The translations under genes and the position numbers were made by a program. From Pelagomonas calceolata (lineage: Eukaryota): 64,000 nucleotides of DNA. Under the pieces are notes generated by a model that had not been told where the DNA came from, made no database searches, and was given only the letters and a program-made list of their open reading frames with translations. Location of the stretch: contig CAKKNE010000003.1 of the NCBI GenBank assembly GCA_918797485.1, forward strand, positions 1,798,001-1,862,000, read 5' to 3'. How positions within the stretch are numbered: the first letter of the stretch is position 1; each line of letters starts with the position of its first letter. Below, piece after piece: positions 39,101 to 46,560 of this stretch.

Positions 39101-40586
39101 TTTTGACGGCGACCTGCTGGCCCGTCTCCCGGTGGCGAGCCTGTTTCACCTCACCGTAGGCCCCTTCGCCGAGCAACCCCGGCTCGAAGACATACTTCGC
39201 GGCGCCCTCCGCAGTTACAACTTCGTCGAAATCGTCGTCATAATCCTGCGAACTGGTCAAACCGGACGCGCTGTCGCCACCGGGGGCCTGCGTCGGCTCG
39301 TCCGAGACACTTTCATGGTCGTCGTCCGCCCGCCAGATGTCGGGCTCCGCGATGGCCACCGTCTTCTGCGAAGCTGGTGACGTAGCAGTGATCTTTCTCA
39401 GTCTATCTTGTGGTACTTTATCCTCCTCGTCGCCGTCGTCGTACTTGATAAGGAAGGTGCCGTCGTCATTCATTGCTCCAATTTGTCCAGCGTAGAACTC
39501 GCCGAGGCCCTCGAAGTCGCCTTCGACGCGGTCGCCGACTTTGAATAGTGGTGTTGGCTTGGGCGTCGGTTCTTTTGGCTGTTGCGGCGTGGGCTGTTGC
39601 GGCGTCGGCTGGTGAGGCGTCGGCTGCTTAGGTGTCGGTTCTTTTGGCGTCGGCTGGTGCGGTGTGGGCTGTTTAGGAGTCGGCTGCTTCGGCGTCACTG
39701 GCGCCGCGGGCTCCTCAGCAACCGACGCGGCCTGGACCTCCTCGTCGTAGGCCAAGGCCGCCGCCCGGACCTCGGCCAAGCGGCGGCGCGCCGGACCCTC
39801 GCCCGTCCTCATTGGTGTTTTCTTCACCGATGACGGCGTCGCCTCGCCGGTCCGCGCGCTCTTGTACTTCTCTCCAATATCCTCCTCGCGGTCCTCGATC
39901 TTCTCGATTTGACGTCGCTTGCGTCCGGACCGCGCGACGACCTCGTCGGCCTTTTTACGACGCACGACGTCGAGGATGACCACAGAAGCTGCTTGTAATC
40001 TACCAACATCTCGGGCCTTGCCCACGCCCCGGATCTCGTCTCGCGTCAAGAGCAACGGGTTCCCGCGACAGAAACAAGCCAGCCGCCACGCCTCACTGCC
40101 CAAGGCTTCCGACACGAAGTCCAGGTCGTCCGACATCTTGAGGAGGTAGTCGCGCCCGTTCCAGAGGAACGGCCGCGGCCGCGCGCAGTCCTTCGACTCG
40201 ACGAGCACCCAGGCCACGATCTTCTCCACACATCTGAGCCCGGCCGTCCTCAGTTCCGAAGCGACGTTCTTGAGTAAGCGCGCGGCCTCCGCGGCCGATC
40301 GTTGCGCCGACGCTCTACGCGGCCAGTGCAGCACGACGGCGTTCAGCTGCATCAGTAAAGTTTCGCGGTAGCCGACGGCTCTAGCCGCCGCGACCTTGCG
40401 CTGGTAGGCGACCTCCTTGGGCCCGGGCGGCGCCTCTTGAGCGCGGACCGGCTTCTGGTGGTTCTTGACGCGCGGCTTCGCCGGCTGCCCTGGTAAAGGA
40501 CGCATCCTCAAATTCGGCATGCCCGGCGGCGCCTTCTTCCGCCGCGGGCGGCGGCCGCGCTCGGCGGGCTTGTTGTTGCGCCTCAT
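33174..40586 (-). CDS. 2470-aa protein: Tudor + CMGC (CDKL/MAPK-like) kinase + HECT-like E3 ligase + three more Tudor domains
   Basis: LGEGAYGEV, VAVK, HRDVKPEN, DFG, THYIGSRWYRAPE; GEGLGPRKELF, LLVFVTG..RLP, PQSHTCDNILELPNY; four (W/F)YxG....YDDGDxE-type modules. Confidence 0.85.
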   Translation of the reverse strand: MRRNNKPAERGRRPRRKKAPPGMPNLRMRPLPGQPAKPRVKNHQKPVRAQEAPPGPKEVAYQRKVAAARAVGYRETLLMQLNAVVLHWPRRASAQRSAAEAARLLKNVASELRTAGLRCVEKIVAWVLVESKDCARPRPFLWNGRDYLLKMSDDLDFVSEALGSEAWRLACFCRGNPLLLTRDEIRGVGKARDVGRLQAASVVILDVVRRKKADEVVARSGRKRRQIEKIEDREEDIGEKYKSARTGEATPSSVKKTPMRTGEGPARRRLAEVRAAALAYDEEVQAASVAEEPAAPVTPKQPTPKQPTPHQPTPKEPTPKQPTPHQPTPQQPTPQQPKEPTPKPTPLFKVGDRVEGDFEGLGEFYAGQIGAMNDDGTFLIKYDDGDEEDKVPQDRLRKITATSPASQKTVAIAEPDIWRADDDHESVSDEPTQAPGGDSASGLTSSQDYDDDFDEVVTAEGAAKYVFEPGLLGEGAYGEVKQARHRETGQQVAVKRLKVVVEGEDDDDAARYAVQTAERERDVLLLLGRDHKNVACLVDWWREDVKIKPQQTVSAPVLCFELAGSTCLEALEELGPLPKGLCVGLTSDLCAGLAHAHSLGIVHRDVKPENVLLSRDATKDDLQRSWDDPQRPQLRLCDFGAARKLEDVSGKSCLDLTHYIGSRWYRAPEMMASSTKYGVAVDVWGAACITAELATGEPLFPGDDEHAVLRRVSRVLGPFPEQVGQYLMGLGVPRRCLDAGPAPGLKASRRGALVKALSEPVVDVLKDMLHCDSNLRPSASECVIRLQAAMRPATAKVEEAPLKCWSECERLKQTWEPVVQAGATAFKTSANQPHRAVPDAQQLYAAAADALAEAVSENREGVSAWLRELLLGEDTPPGAARSVIRCLRWSVDAAVVPRVARCRDWVLAQQQRGELTLTQAVDAVEAQVGRVDATGSKRASAAAHALQRAYCLLAEASVENPPKVLQDLSEPDSSNQEEKNDLGAGSDVGCAALTETPALAPGESSLGAAEERFHVRSVNEALAVVTPMLVDSEVASVAKARGLLRLEGLLGLPRLRDHAALLRPASKAALLYVALARRPAQRLNLVTSRKRAWEDCEALLEKHAGALQEASSQVLSDDAFALEEESDDESVSLEDEDDPPIKGEASFVVCPYYRVPFGQKYVEGSAVEEGEGLGPRKELFALLGGAVTRSWTPVIGDPLRVEASEGARSLRVTCDEANPQVVKSGDCLAVDFEGDTLELQVEKVSDNVVRVSTNAPAVRVLAKRYGDSEDAETKLLEALTGSVCEARRSAAPLLAHRKDLEALWPNPALPRTAENAKRLATLGLLIGSAVPNQCQLPLDLPPLFFEVLGVAEDAPNDTATHLVDHFLAKRGDAGLRALDASYDDALRGLRALDATGIQSVADMEGITLSSQDHALEVARKASLERCRELEWQLRALRRGFERAMPKKVRRAVRPSARDLQRVACGAPEVRGDFRFRDVFRVVMDAELRDCRPLHDALWAVVDGEDDALNDLELKKIDDLTGEEAPRRCEPLTPAQRRKLLVFVTGVSRLPARHAEFLTVELPFLPFGVDEQRRMLAMVPQSHTCDNILELPNYWEALLKTKTDEARPPRRGSRECNALERELRRIVREKLLVALDNAVGYGLDALEPHVTHALACAAAEDDAAAAALLASSRAMRDARASDDAQYDPFDDEESIPSLPELKEDDDDPIPMLQEATAATTRPSLQSDDDIPDLLDAPKQEDNSVDLEILHALAASPIRDARPASPDAELSVGDLGGGDDDLAEEELGVTFKPVEQDLRESPARPKGQNEDVLDEEVSDDDAVAPSRRNSLSSAGRPATPEPVDQPTTPAAADDFSDVEELETAQLPKTPAAEDLSDAEELEPSKPASEFAVGARVEARFEGGDKWYPGKVFSVHDDGHYVIHYDDGDEEDRVPAAFVRKAEPVAEEPAAAAAGDDDGDDFLAGIEDELGLNTTAQKSETPADEPSQPANPSSDDDLSDVLAGLDDDLPGLDLEKPVEAPREPEPTPAPEPERLAEAAPETPAAELSDAEEPKQPDPETPELPTEEAPTFAQPPTTPAAASDLSDVEELEPFKPKTPAAADDLSDVEELEPEPAKPAPAKPATPPATETFAIGARIEARFNGSDAWYPGKVFTAHPDGTYYIRFDDGDEQDNVPAADVRKADEPAAEEPAGDILADLEEDLPGLDLEKPAEPEEPAKPPATAAEPAFAIGARVEARYNGGESWYPGKIFTVHPDGTHFIKYDDGDTEDNVPAAYIRPEPAAEPEPAEEPKPAKQMGSMLADVESDSSDGEVSLRQVTPPAEEPAAAQPEQEEDILAGLGDLGLDSASVAEPPKAADKPTDEFDYDELEADLFGGSDDAVKPGTAGTRPTTVDSRDYDDSRPSTYDSRSYSNRAGTAGTDGYSYSNYDSRPETREPADSKPGTAGTAGGYFDSRPQTEGTDYNFDDDFSDFEI
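39550..39700 (-). repeat. Coding minisatellite of about nine 15-bp units (Q/E-P-T-P-K/H/Q)
   Basis: TPKQPTPKQPTPHQPTPKEPTPKQPTPHQPTPQQPTPQQPKEPTPKPTP. Confidence 0.8.
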
Positions 40587-41025
40587 CGTTGCTGGCTGCC
40601 CCTAGGGCTGGTATGTGTGGCTGGGCAGCCGGCAAAAGCGTTTTGTGTGCGTCAACGTGCGCTGGCGACCACGCCGAGCAGTGCTCTTGGCGTTAGCGCC
40701 AGCAACCCGGCGCTTGAGCGCACGCTTTGCGCGAAACGAGGCGCTCCAACCACCCGAGGCGGGGCGGAGCGAGCCGGGAGGCTGAAGCGTGGCTCGCAGA
40801 GCTCTTCGTACGCACCATCGAACGTTGGGTCTTGGCAGATACGTCTCAGGGGGGATTGCCGGAGGAGCTCTACTCAGGTGTATGCTATTATGAAAGACGC
40901 GGCCCGCGCCGCCCGCCGACGACGCGCGGTGTCTCCCTAGCACCGCAACAGGGATGCGTTGCCTTCTTAAATCACATTCTTGGTCTTATCTCAGGGATCT
41001 CCCGGGGAACGATGACGACAATTCA

Positions 41026-41946
41026 TCACAGGCGGATCTTCGCCGACGCCGCCGGCTCCGAGTCCGCGAGGCCTGGCGCGGCACAAGCGGCCCGGGCGCC
41101 CGCCGCGACGTCGACGACGCGCGCGACGGCCGAGACCGGCGCACAAAAATAATGATTTGCGGCGACGTCGGCGAGCGCCCGGGACGTCTCCGCGGCGGCG
41201 GCGTCGCAGGCCTCGAGGCGGTCGCGCTTCGTGCGGGCGCCGTCGCGGTGCGCGTCGGCAATCTTCTGAACGCAGGCGTTGGCGGCTCGCTCGTTCGACG
41301 CGACGGCTTCGGAAAGGGCCGCCCGTAGCCGCGCCGCGCGCGACGTGCGCCGCTCGAGCTTGCGAGGCAACGTGACCACGGCGCGATGCGTCAGCGCCGC
41401 GATACCTACGGCAGCCAGCACCAATATCAAGAGCAGTCGGTTCGAGGCCCGGTCCGCGCGCGCCGCCTCTTGCCGCGCGGCGTCGACGTCGCGCCGCGCC
41501 TGCGCTCTATGCGCCTCGAGGGCGCAACGAGAAGCTGCGGCAGCTGCGTCCGCTGCGGCCGCGCGTTTTCTCGCGTCCGCGGCCCGGCGCTCGCACCGGT
41601 CGTCGAGTTCTCGCGCGGCGCCCTCGCGGATCTCCGCCACGTCCATGGCGAACTTGGCGCGGGCATTAATCAGCTCGGTCTTCGTGTGCTCCTCGCTTCT
41701 GCGCGCTTGGAGCGCCTCCTGGCGCGCGGCCTCGATCTCGTTGCGCGAGAGCGCGATTTCCCGCTGCTGCTCGGCCATGGCCTGTTCCAACGCCGTCGCG
41801 TAGGCCGGGCCGGCTAGTTTGACCGGTGGCGCGAGGGCCATGGCTCCGGTCTGCTGTGCGGCTGACCCGAGGTCTGGGGTGACCGAGACGAGGGCACGCT
41901 GCTGGTCCGCCGGCTCCACGCTGACTCGCGGCGGTGATTTTTCCAT
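41026..41946 (-). CDS. Hypothetical coiled-coil protein with single TM
   Basis: Heptad-rich ORF; LLLILVLAAVGIAAL. Confidence 0.55.
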   Translation of the reverse strand: MEKSPPRVSVEPADQQRALVSVTPDLGSAAQQTGAMALAPPVKLAGPAYATALEQAMAEQQREIALSRNEIEAARQEALQARRSEEHTKTELINARAKFAMDVAEIREGAARELDDRCERRAADARKRAAAADAAAAASRCALEAHRAQARRDVDAARQEAARADRASNRLLLILVLAAVGIAALTHRAVVTLPRKLERRTSRAARLRAALSEAVASNERAANACVQKIADAHRDGARTKRDRLEACDAAAAETSRALADVAANHYFCAPVSAVARVVDVAAGARAACAAPGLADSEPAASAKIRL

Positions 41947-42233
41947 CGTGGGCTGCTCCCCGGTGCCGTTACTACGAGGCCTTGCGTCCCAGACTTTTTC
42001 TGAGGCCCCATCCTAGTATGTCAGTACGCTGGCTTCGGTGCCTTTCGCATTTTTTGCTCTGTCTGGACGCTACTGCCAGTATCGGAGCTCGGAATCGGTT
42101 TGAGGTGACGCATTGACTTGCTGTGCAACTAGTTCCGCATCGCTTTCTGCGACGCTCACCTTGCAGCGTGACAAAAGCAGCACAGGCTTGCAGCGCCACC
42201 CTGAGACGCTTTTTGACGACGACCGCAAAAGCC

Positions 42234-43152
42234 ATGTCCGAGGGCAGCACGCCAAAACGCATACCAGACACGCCTCCTCAGAGGAGATTGAGCGAGCAGA
42301 CTCCGATAGCGTCCGCACCGCCGCTCGACGACGCCAGCACGAACTCGCTGTTGACGCTCGACGACGAAGTAGTGCCCGAGGATGTCTCGCGCGGCTGCGT
42401 GCTGGCCATCTTCGACGCAGTAGCGTTCGTGACCGCGTGCGCCGCGGGTGCGCTCGGCGCAGCCCACGTCATACAGCTCATGGCCTTTGTGGCCGCCCCG
42501 GCTCCAAGAGGCGGCCTGCCTGGCGCCATATTTGCGGCGTCGATTAGCTATCAATTCGCCCTATGCCTCTGTATCGTGGGATTTGAGCTGGGTGTGATTT
42601 CACACGACGATCAGTGGACGGGCCGCTACTGGACCGTCCGTGGGCTTCTGTACGCGTTCCTCGGAGTAATCGCACTGCCAGGCGCGGCGGCAGACGCGGC
42701 CACGAACGAAACGCGAGTCACGATCTGTGTGGAAATCAACCAGTGCGTCGGGTGCACGGCGATGACGCGGCCATCCTGGCTCGGTCGAGCGGTGAGGAAC
42801 CGGCATCGCCACGCCATCGAGCAGGTGCCGCGTCGATGACGTGGAGGACGACGCGATGATTCAGCGAACGCGCCGTAAAATTTTGATTTCCACACAGGTC
42901 ACGATGAAGCAGGGAGAACTCGTCTGCGTGCCTGGCGAAGCCGCAAAGGCGCTCGAAAAGTACCGCGTCGTCGCTGCGTCCGCGGTCATCGCGACCGGCG
43001 CGTTGTACGTCCTGCTGGGCCTGTGTTGCTGTCGCGGGATTCGCCGCGGCGCGCAACTGCGGTACCGGCGGCGCCTCGCCCACGCCGAGTTGCAACGGGC
43101 GTACCTCGCCGAGCGCGCACACAGGACTGGAACGCCTGTGGCCGAGGCCTGA
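42234..43152 (+). CDS. Membrane protein, COPI-associated/Tvp15-like (exons 42234-42716, 42898-43152)
   Basis: Spliced ...NETR|VTMKQGE... stays in frame; WTVRGLLYAFLG; 4 TMs. Confidence 0.65.
42725..42897. mobile_element. Introner element (173 bp) forming intron 42717-42897
   Basis: Perfect 15-bp TIR CTGTGTGGAAATCAA / TTGATTTCCACACAG; exact 8-bp TSD GTCACGAT at 42717-42724 and 42898-42905. Confidence 0.95.
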
Positions 43153-43180
43153 AGTTGTTTGTTAATATACAATTGTTACA

Positions 43181-44551
43181 CTATTTCTCGTCCGAGTCTC
43201 GCCGTCGCACAACGGCGAGCCAGTCGAACGGCCGCGCGGCCTTGGGTATTTTTATGTCGAGTTCGGTATCCCAATCGTGCTCGACGCGCTGGATGCGCTC
43301 GACGTCGTACCCCTCCACATTCAGCAATCCGCGCAACACGGCCAGCGAATAACATTGCGTACGGACGCCCCAGCGCTTCCACACCTGAGAATCTACATCC
43401 GGAGCGTTCAGAGGCGTGAAGTCCCGATGCCTGTCGGACCGGCCGAGCTTTTTCTTTTGGGGCAGGCGATGCCGCATGTAGGCGTTGGCCACGGCTCGCG
43501 CCGACTCGTTGGACGGCACGAGGAGCACCAGATAGCCTCCGTTCGCGACGCGTTTGAGCGTCGCCGCGAGGATGGCCTCGCACACGGCGCGGTCGGGTGC
43601 GATCAGGACATTCGCCGAGATCACCAAGTCGTGGCGTTCGACTTCTCCCGGCTCGTCCTTGGTGAGGTCCACAACTCCAAAGCGACAAGGCGCCCGCGGC
43701 CGCCCCGTCGCCGTCACCCTGCCGGGCGAGCCGTAAACTCTTTTCGCCCGCTCGACGAGTTTTTGTGAGCAGTCGATGGCCAAGAGGTCGTCGACGAGCG
43801 AGCCCAGGAAGGGAAGCCACTTGCCCGCGCCGCAGCCCGCATCTAGGGCAAGGATACCGCCTTTCGTCTTCCGCAATTTCCGGCAGCAGTCGCGGAGGCG
43901 CTTCCTCAGCACCTTGCCCTTGTCTTCCGTCAGGGTATCCATTATTTCGCAGTCGTAATCGGCGGCGACGCGCTCCCAGTACGCGCAATTAGTACCGCCG
44001 CCGGGCAGCGCCATTGCAGTATCCTTCTTCACGGTCTCCGGCGGCGGCGGCGGCGGCTTGGGCGTGAACGGGCGCTTCTTGATCGTTTGGGGGGATAGCG
44101 GCAGCGGAGCTGTGTCCTTGAGGCGCGAGGACTGCGATGATCTCCCTGGCGCGTCCTTGAGTCGCGACGACTGCGACGAACGACGGCTCGGCGGCGGCGC
44201 GCGGGCCTCGGGTGCTGCACGGAGCGCCGGCGCCGGGGCAGGTCCCTCGGCCACCGCCGGCACCACGGGCGCATCGATGCGTTTCCGTCGTCGCCGCCGC
44301 CGGCCGTGCAGCCACAGGTTGTTTCGCTCACGCAGACGCTGCTCTGCTTGCTTCTTCGCCCGCGCGCGCGCACCGGCGACGGCCTCGGCGACGTCGCGCT
44401 TGCGTGGCGGCGGCTTCCTCGGGCGTTGTTGTGGATCCAGGTTTTCGACGTCTGGCGATCGCAGCACGGGTGCGACGCGGCTGCCCGCAACGCCCAGAGC
44501 CACAGGAGGAGGCTTGGGGGCCCGCCGGTGCGGCGGGCGCATGATGACCAT
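43181..44551 (-). CDS. Class I SAM-dependent methyltransferase with basic N-terminal extension
   Basis: YWERVAADYD, LALDAGCGAG, AIDCSQKLVERA, DLVISANVL, GGYLVLLVP. Start uncertain. Confidence 0.8.
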   Translation of the reverse strand: MVIMRPPHRRAPKPPPVALGVAGSRVAPVLRSPDVENLDPQQRPRKPPPRKRDVAEAVAGARARAKKQAEQRLRERNNLWLHGRRRRRRKRIDAPVVPAVAEGPAPAPALRAAPEARAPPPSRRSSQSSRLKDAPGRSSQSSRLKDTAPLPLSPQTIKKRPFTPKPPPPPPETVKKDTAMALPGGGTNCAYWERVAADYDCEIMDTLTEDKGKVLRKRLRDCCRKLRKTKGGILALDAGCGAGKWLPFLGSLVDDLLAIDCSQKLVERAKRVYGSPGRVTATGRPRAPCRFGVVDLTKDEPGEVERHDLVISANVLIAPDRAVCEAILAATLKRVANGGYLVLLVPSNESARAVANAYMRHRLPQKKKLGRSDRHRDFTPLNAPDVDSQVWKRWGVRTQCYSLAVLRGLLNVEGYDVERIQRVEHDWDTELDIKIPKAARPFDWLAVVRRRDSDEK

Positions 44552-44832
44552 TTTGTTATGGTGTGTACAAGCTCGTAGGTGTAGCTCCAGGCAGAAAATC
44601 GGTCCGCAGCAGGGCGATTGCTCCACCGGGGCTGCGCCGGCGGTGCGTGTGGCGCTGCCCGTCCACTGATAGTGGCACAGGCTGCCCAAAAGAGCTTGCA
44701 AGCTCGCACAACGGGTCTGCTGCAGCGCCCAAGCTTCGCGGCCGCCGGCCTTTGGGGTTCGAGTGAGTGATGTGTGCGTGGCGTGTCACGTAGGCGACGC
44801 GTAGGCGAGCGTTCCGTGGACAGTTCTCGAGA

Positions 44833-44857
44833 GCTAGTGTGTTAACATGACCGCTAG
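44833..44857 (+). promoter_or_regulatory. Variant copy of the intergenic dyad element (GCTAGTGTGTTAACAtgacCGCTAG)
   Basis: Between divergent genes. Confidence 0.45.
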
Positions 44858-45255
44858 GTCCATTATCCAGCCGCATCGGTCAGGAGCAGCGCTGTATCTC
44901 ACGAGATAGCAAGCCCTCGCCCCCAGAAACCTTCTGGAGAGGAGCTCTGCAACAATCAAAACCGGAAACCCCACCGCTGGCCGGCCCCATGCGAAGATGT
45001 GCGACAGCCCCAAGATAAAGACGAGCACACCTACCAAGAAGAAGCCCGAGGACGACGACGAGGAGAAGAAGGAGCCGCCCCTGACGCCGTCGCAGCGCAA
45101 GCGCTCGGAAGAAGAAATCATCCTCAGCGCGCCCGCGTCCGCGCAGTCCGCCAAGAGCAAAGAGAGCCCGGAGAAGGAGCCCAAGTCCAAAAAACAAAAG
45201 CGCCAGTCGGAAAAACTCAAGTGCATTTCCTCGCCGAAGCCGATAGGTATATAGA

Positions 45256-46323
45256 ATGTCATCGATAGGGGCGAGAAAGCAGCTGAAAGCAGCTTTACAT
45301 CACGAACAGGTGGCCAAGTCGTTACTCGCTCGGTTCCGCATCGAGAACGCCCCGTCCCTCAAATATGCGGAAGCGCGCGAGCGCTACGACCGAGCGGCGC
45401 GCGCCTACGCGGCCGCGGGCAAGCCCGAGCGCTGCGCCGACGCCTACGGCAAGTGCGCCGACATGTCTGCAAGGCTCAGTCGGGGTGCGACCGCCGAGGC
45501 CGTCGAATACCATGTCCGGTGCGGCGAGCTGAGCGAGGCCAATGATCCTGATCGAGCAAGAGATCATTATGCGGAGGCCTGCGACCAGTGCTGCGACCTA
45601 GGTAGCTGGGCCACTGCCGCGGAGCTGCGACATCGCGTGGCCCGCTTAGCAGCACGAGACGCGCAGGACGACGAGGAGGGCTGGTCTGAAAGAGTGCTCC
45701 TATTGAGGAGCGCGGCGGACATGTACGGCGCCGCGGCGCGGCGGCTGCACGACGAGACGAAAGCGGCAAAGATGCGCCTCTGCAAGCTCGAGGCGGCGGC
45801 CATCGAGGCCTTGCAGCTCAAGTTGTACTCGCGCGCGGCGGATGCGTTTGAGGCCGTCGCGACGGAGGTCGTCCAGGACAATTTGACGGCTGCGAACGCG
45901 ACTCGACTATTCTTCAAATCAGCACTATGCAGCTTAGTAGGCGGCGAGCACGACTTGATGCGCGGCAAGGTCGAAATCTTCGCTAAAAGAGATCCGGTCT
46001 TCGGCGCGTCGCCGGAAAAGCTGTTCTTGGTGGATGCCAACCGGTGCGCCACCGCCGAAGGGCTGCCGGACTACGATACCTTCGCCGACGCCGCCTACAA
46101 CTTCTGCACCGTGCGTTCATTGGACGCGTGGGACCTGTCCATGCTCAAGGTCTTGAACGACGACATGCGCGTGAAATACGACGCCTACTGGTCTAGGGTC
46201 AAGCGGCGTGCGGCGCGCGAGAAGCGCCGCGCGCAGAAGCGCAAGGAGGAAGAAGAAAGGCAGGCGCGCATGAAGCGCGACGAAGCCCGGAAAAAGAAGG
46301 ACAAGGAGGACGAGTACCTCTAG
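45256..46323 (+). CDS. Divergent SNAP-like TPR protein; possibly extended upstream to 44997 through a micro-intron
   Basis: KYAEARERYDRAA, LFFKSALCSL, DPVFGASPE, LDAWDLSML. Confidence 0.7.
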   Translation: MSSIGARKQLKAALHHEQVAKSLLARFRIENAPSLKYAEARERYDRAARAYAAAGKPERCADAYGKCADMSARLSRGATAEAVEYHVRCGELSEANDPDRARDHYAEACDQCCDLGSWATAAELRHRVARLAARDAQDDEEGWSERVLLLRSAADMYGAAARRLHDETKAAKMRLCKLEAAAIEALQLKLYSRAADAFEAVATEVVQDNLTAANATRLFFKSALCSLVGGEHDLMRGKVEIFAKRDPVFGASPEKLFLVDANRCATAEGLPDYDTFADAAYNFCTVRSLDAWDLSMLKVLNDDMRVKYDAYWSRVKRRAAREKRRAQKRKEEEERQARMKRDEARKKKDKEDEYL

Positions 46324-46560
46324 CTTGTCGTCTCTGCGCCTCGGCGGCGCCGGCGGCGTCTCGCGCCATCGAGCAGACGCCTCTGTCTCTTCGCCTCGGC
46401 GGCGGCGCCGTAGTCGCTGTCGTCGGGTAATCAGTTGAAACTGACCACTGCTAGGGGGGCCATCGTCTGGTCCTAACACGTGCCGCGCGCGGCCGCAGCG
46501 AGGCGTGGCAAGTGACAAGACTAACGGTCAAAACGTTTAAGGGGGGTCCGGGAGGCAAAA

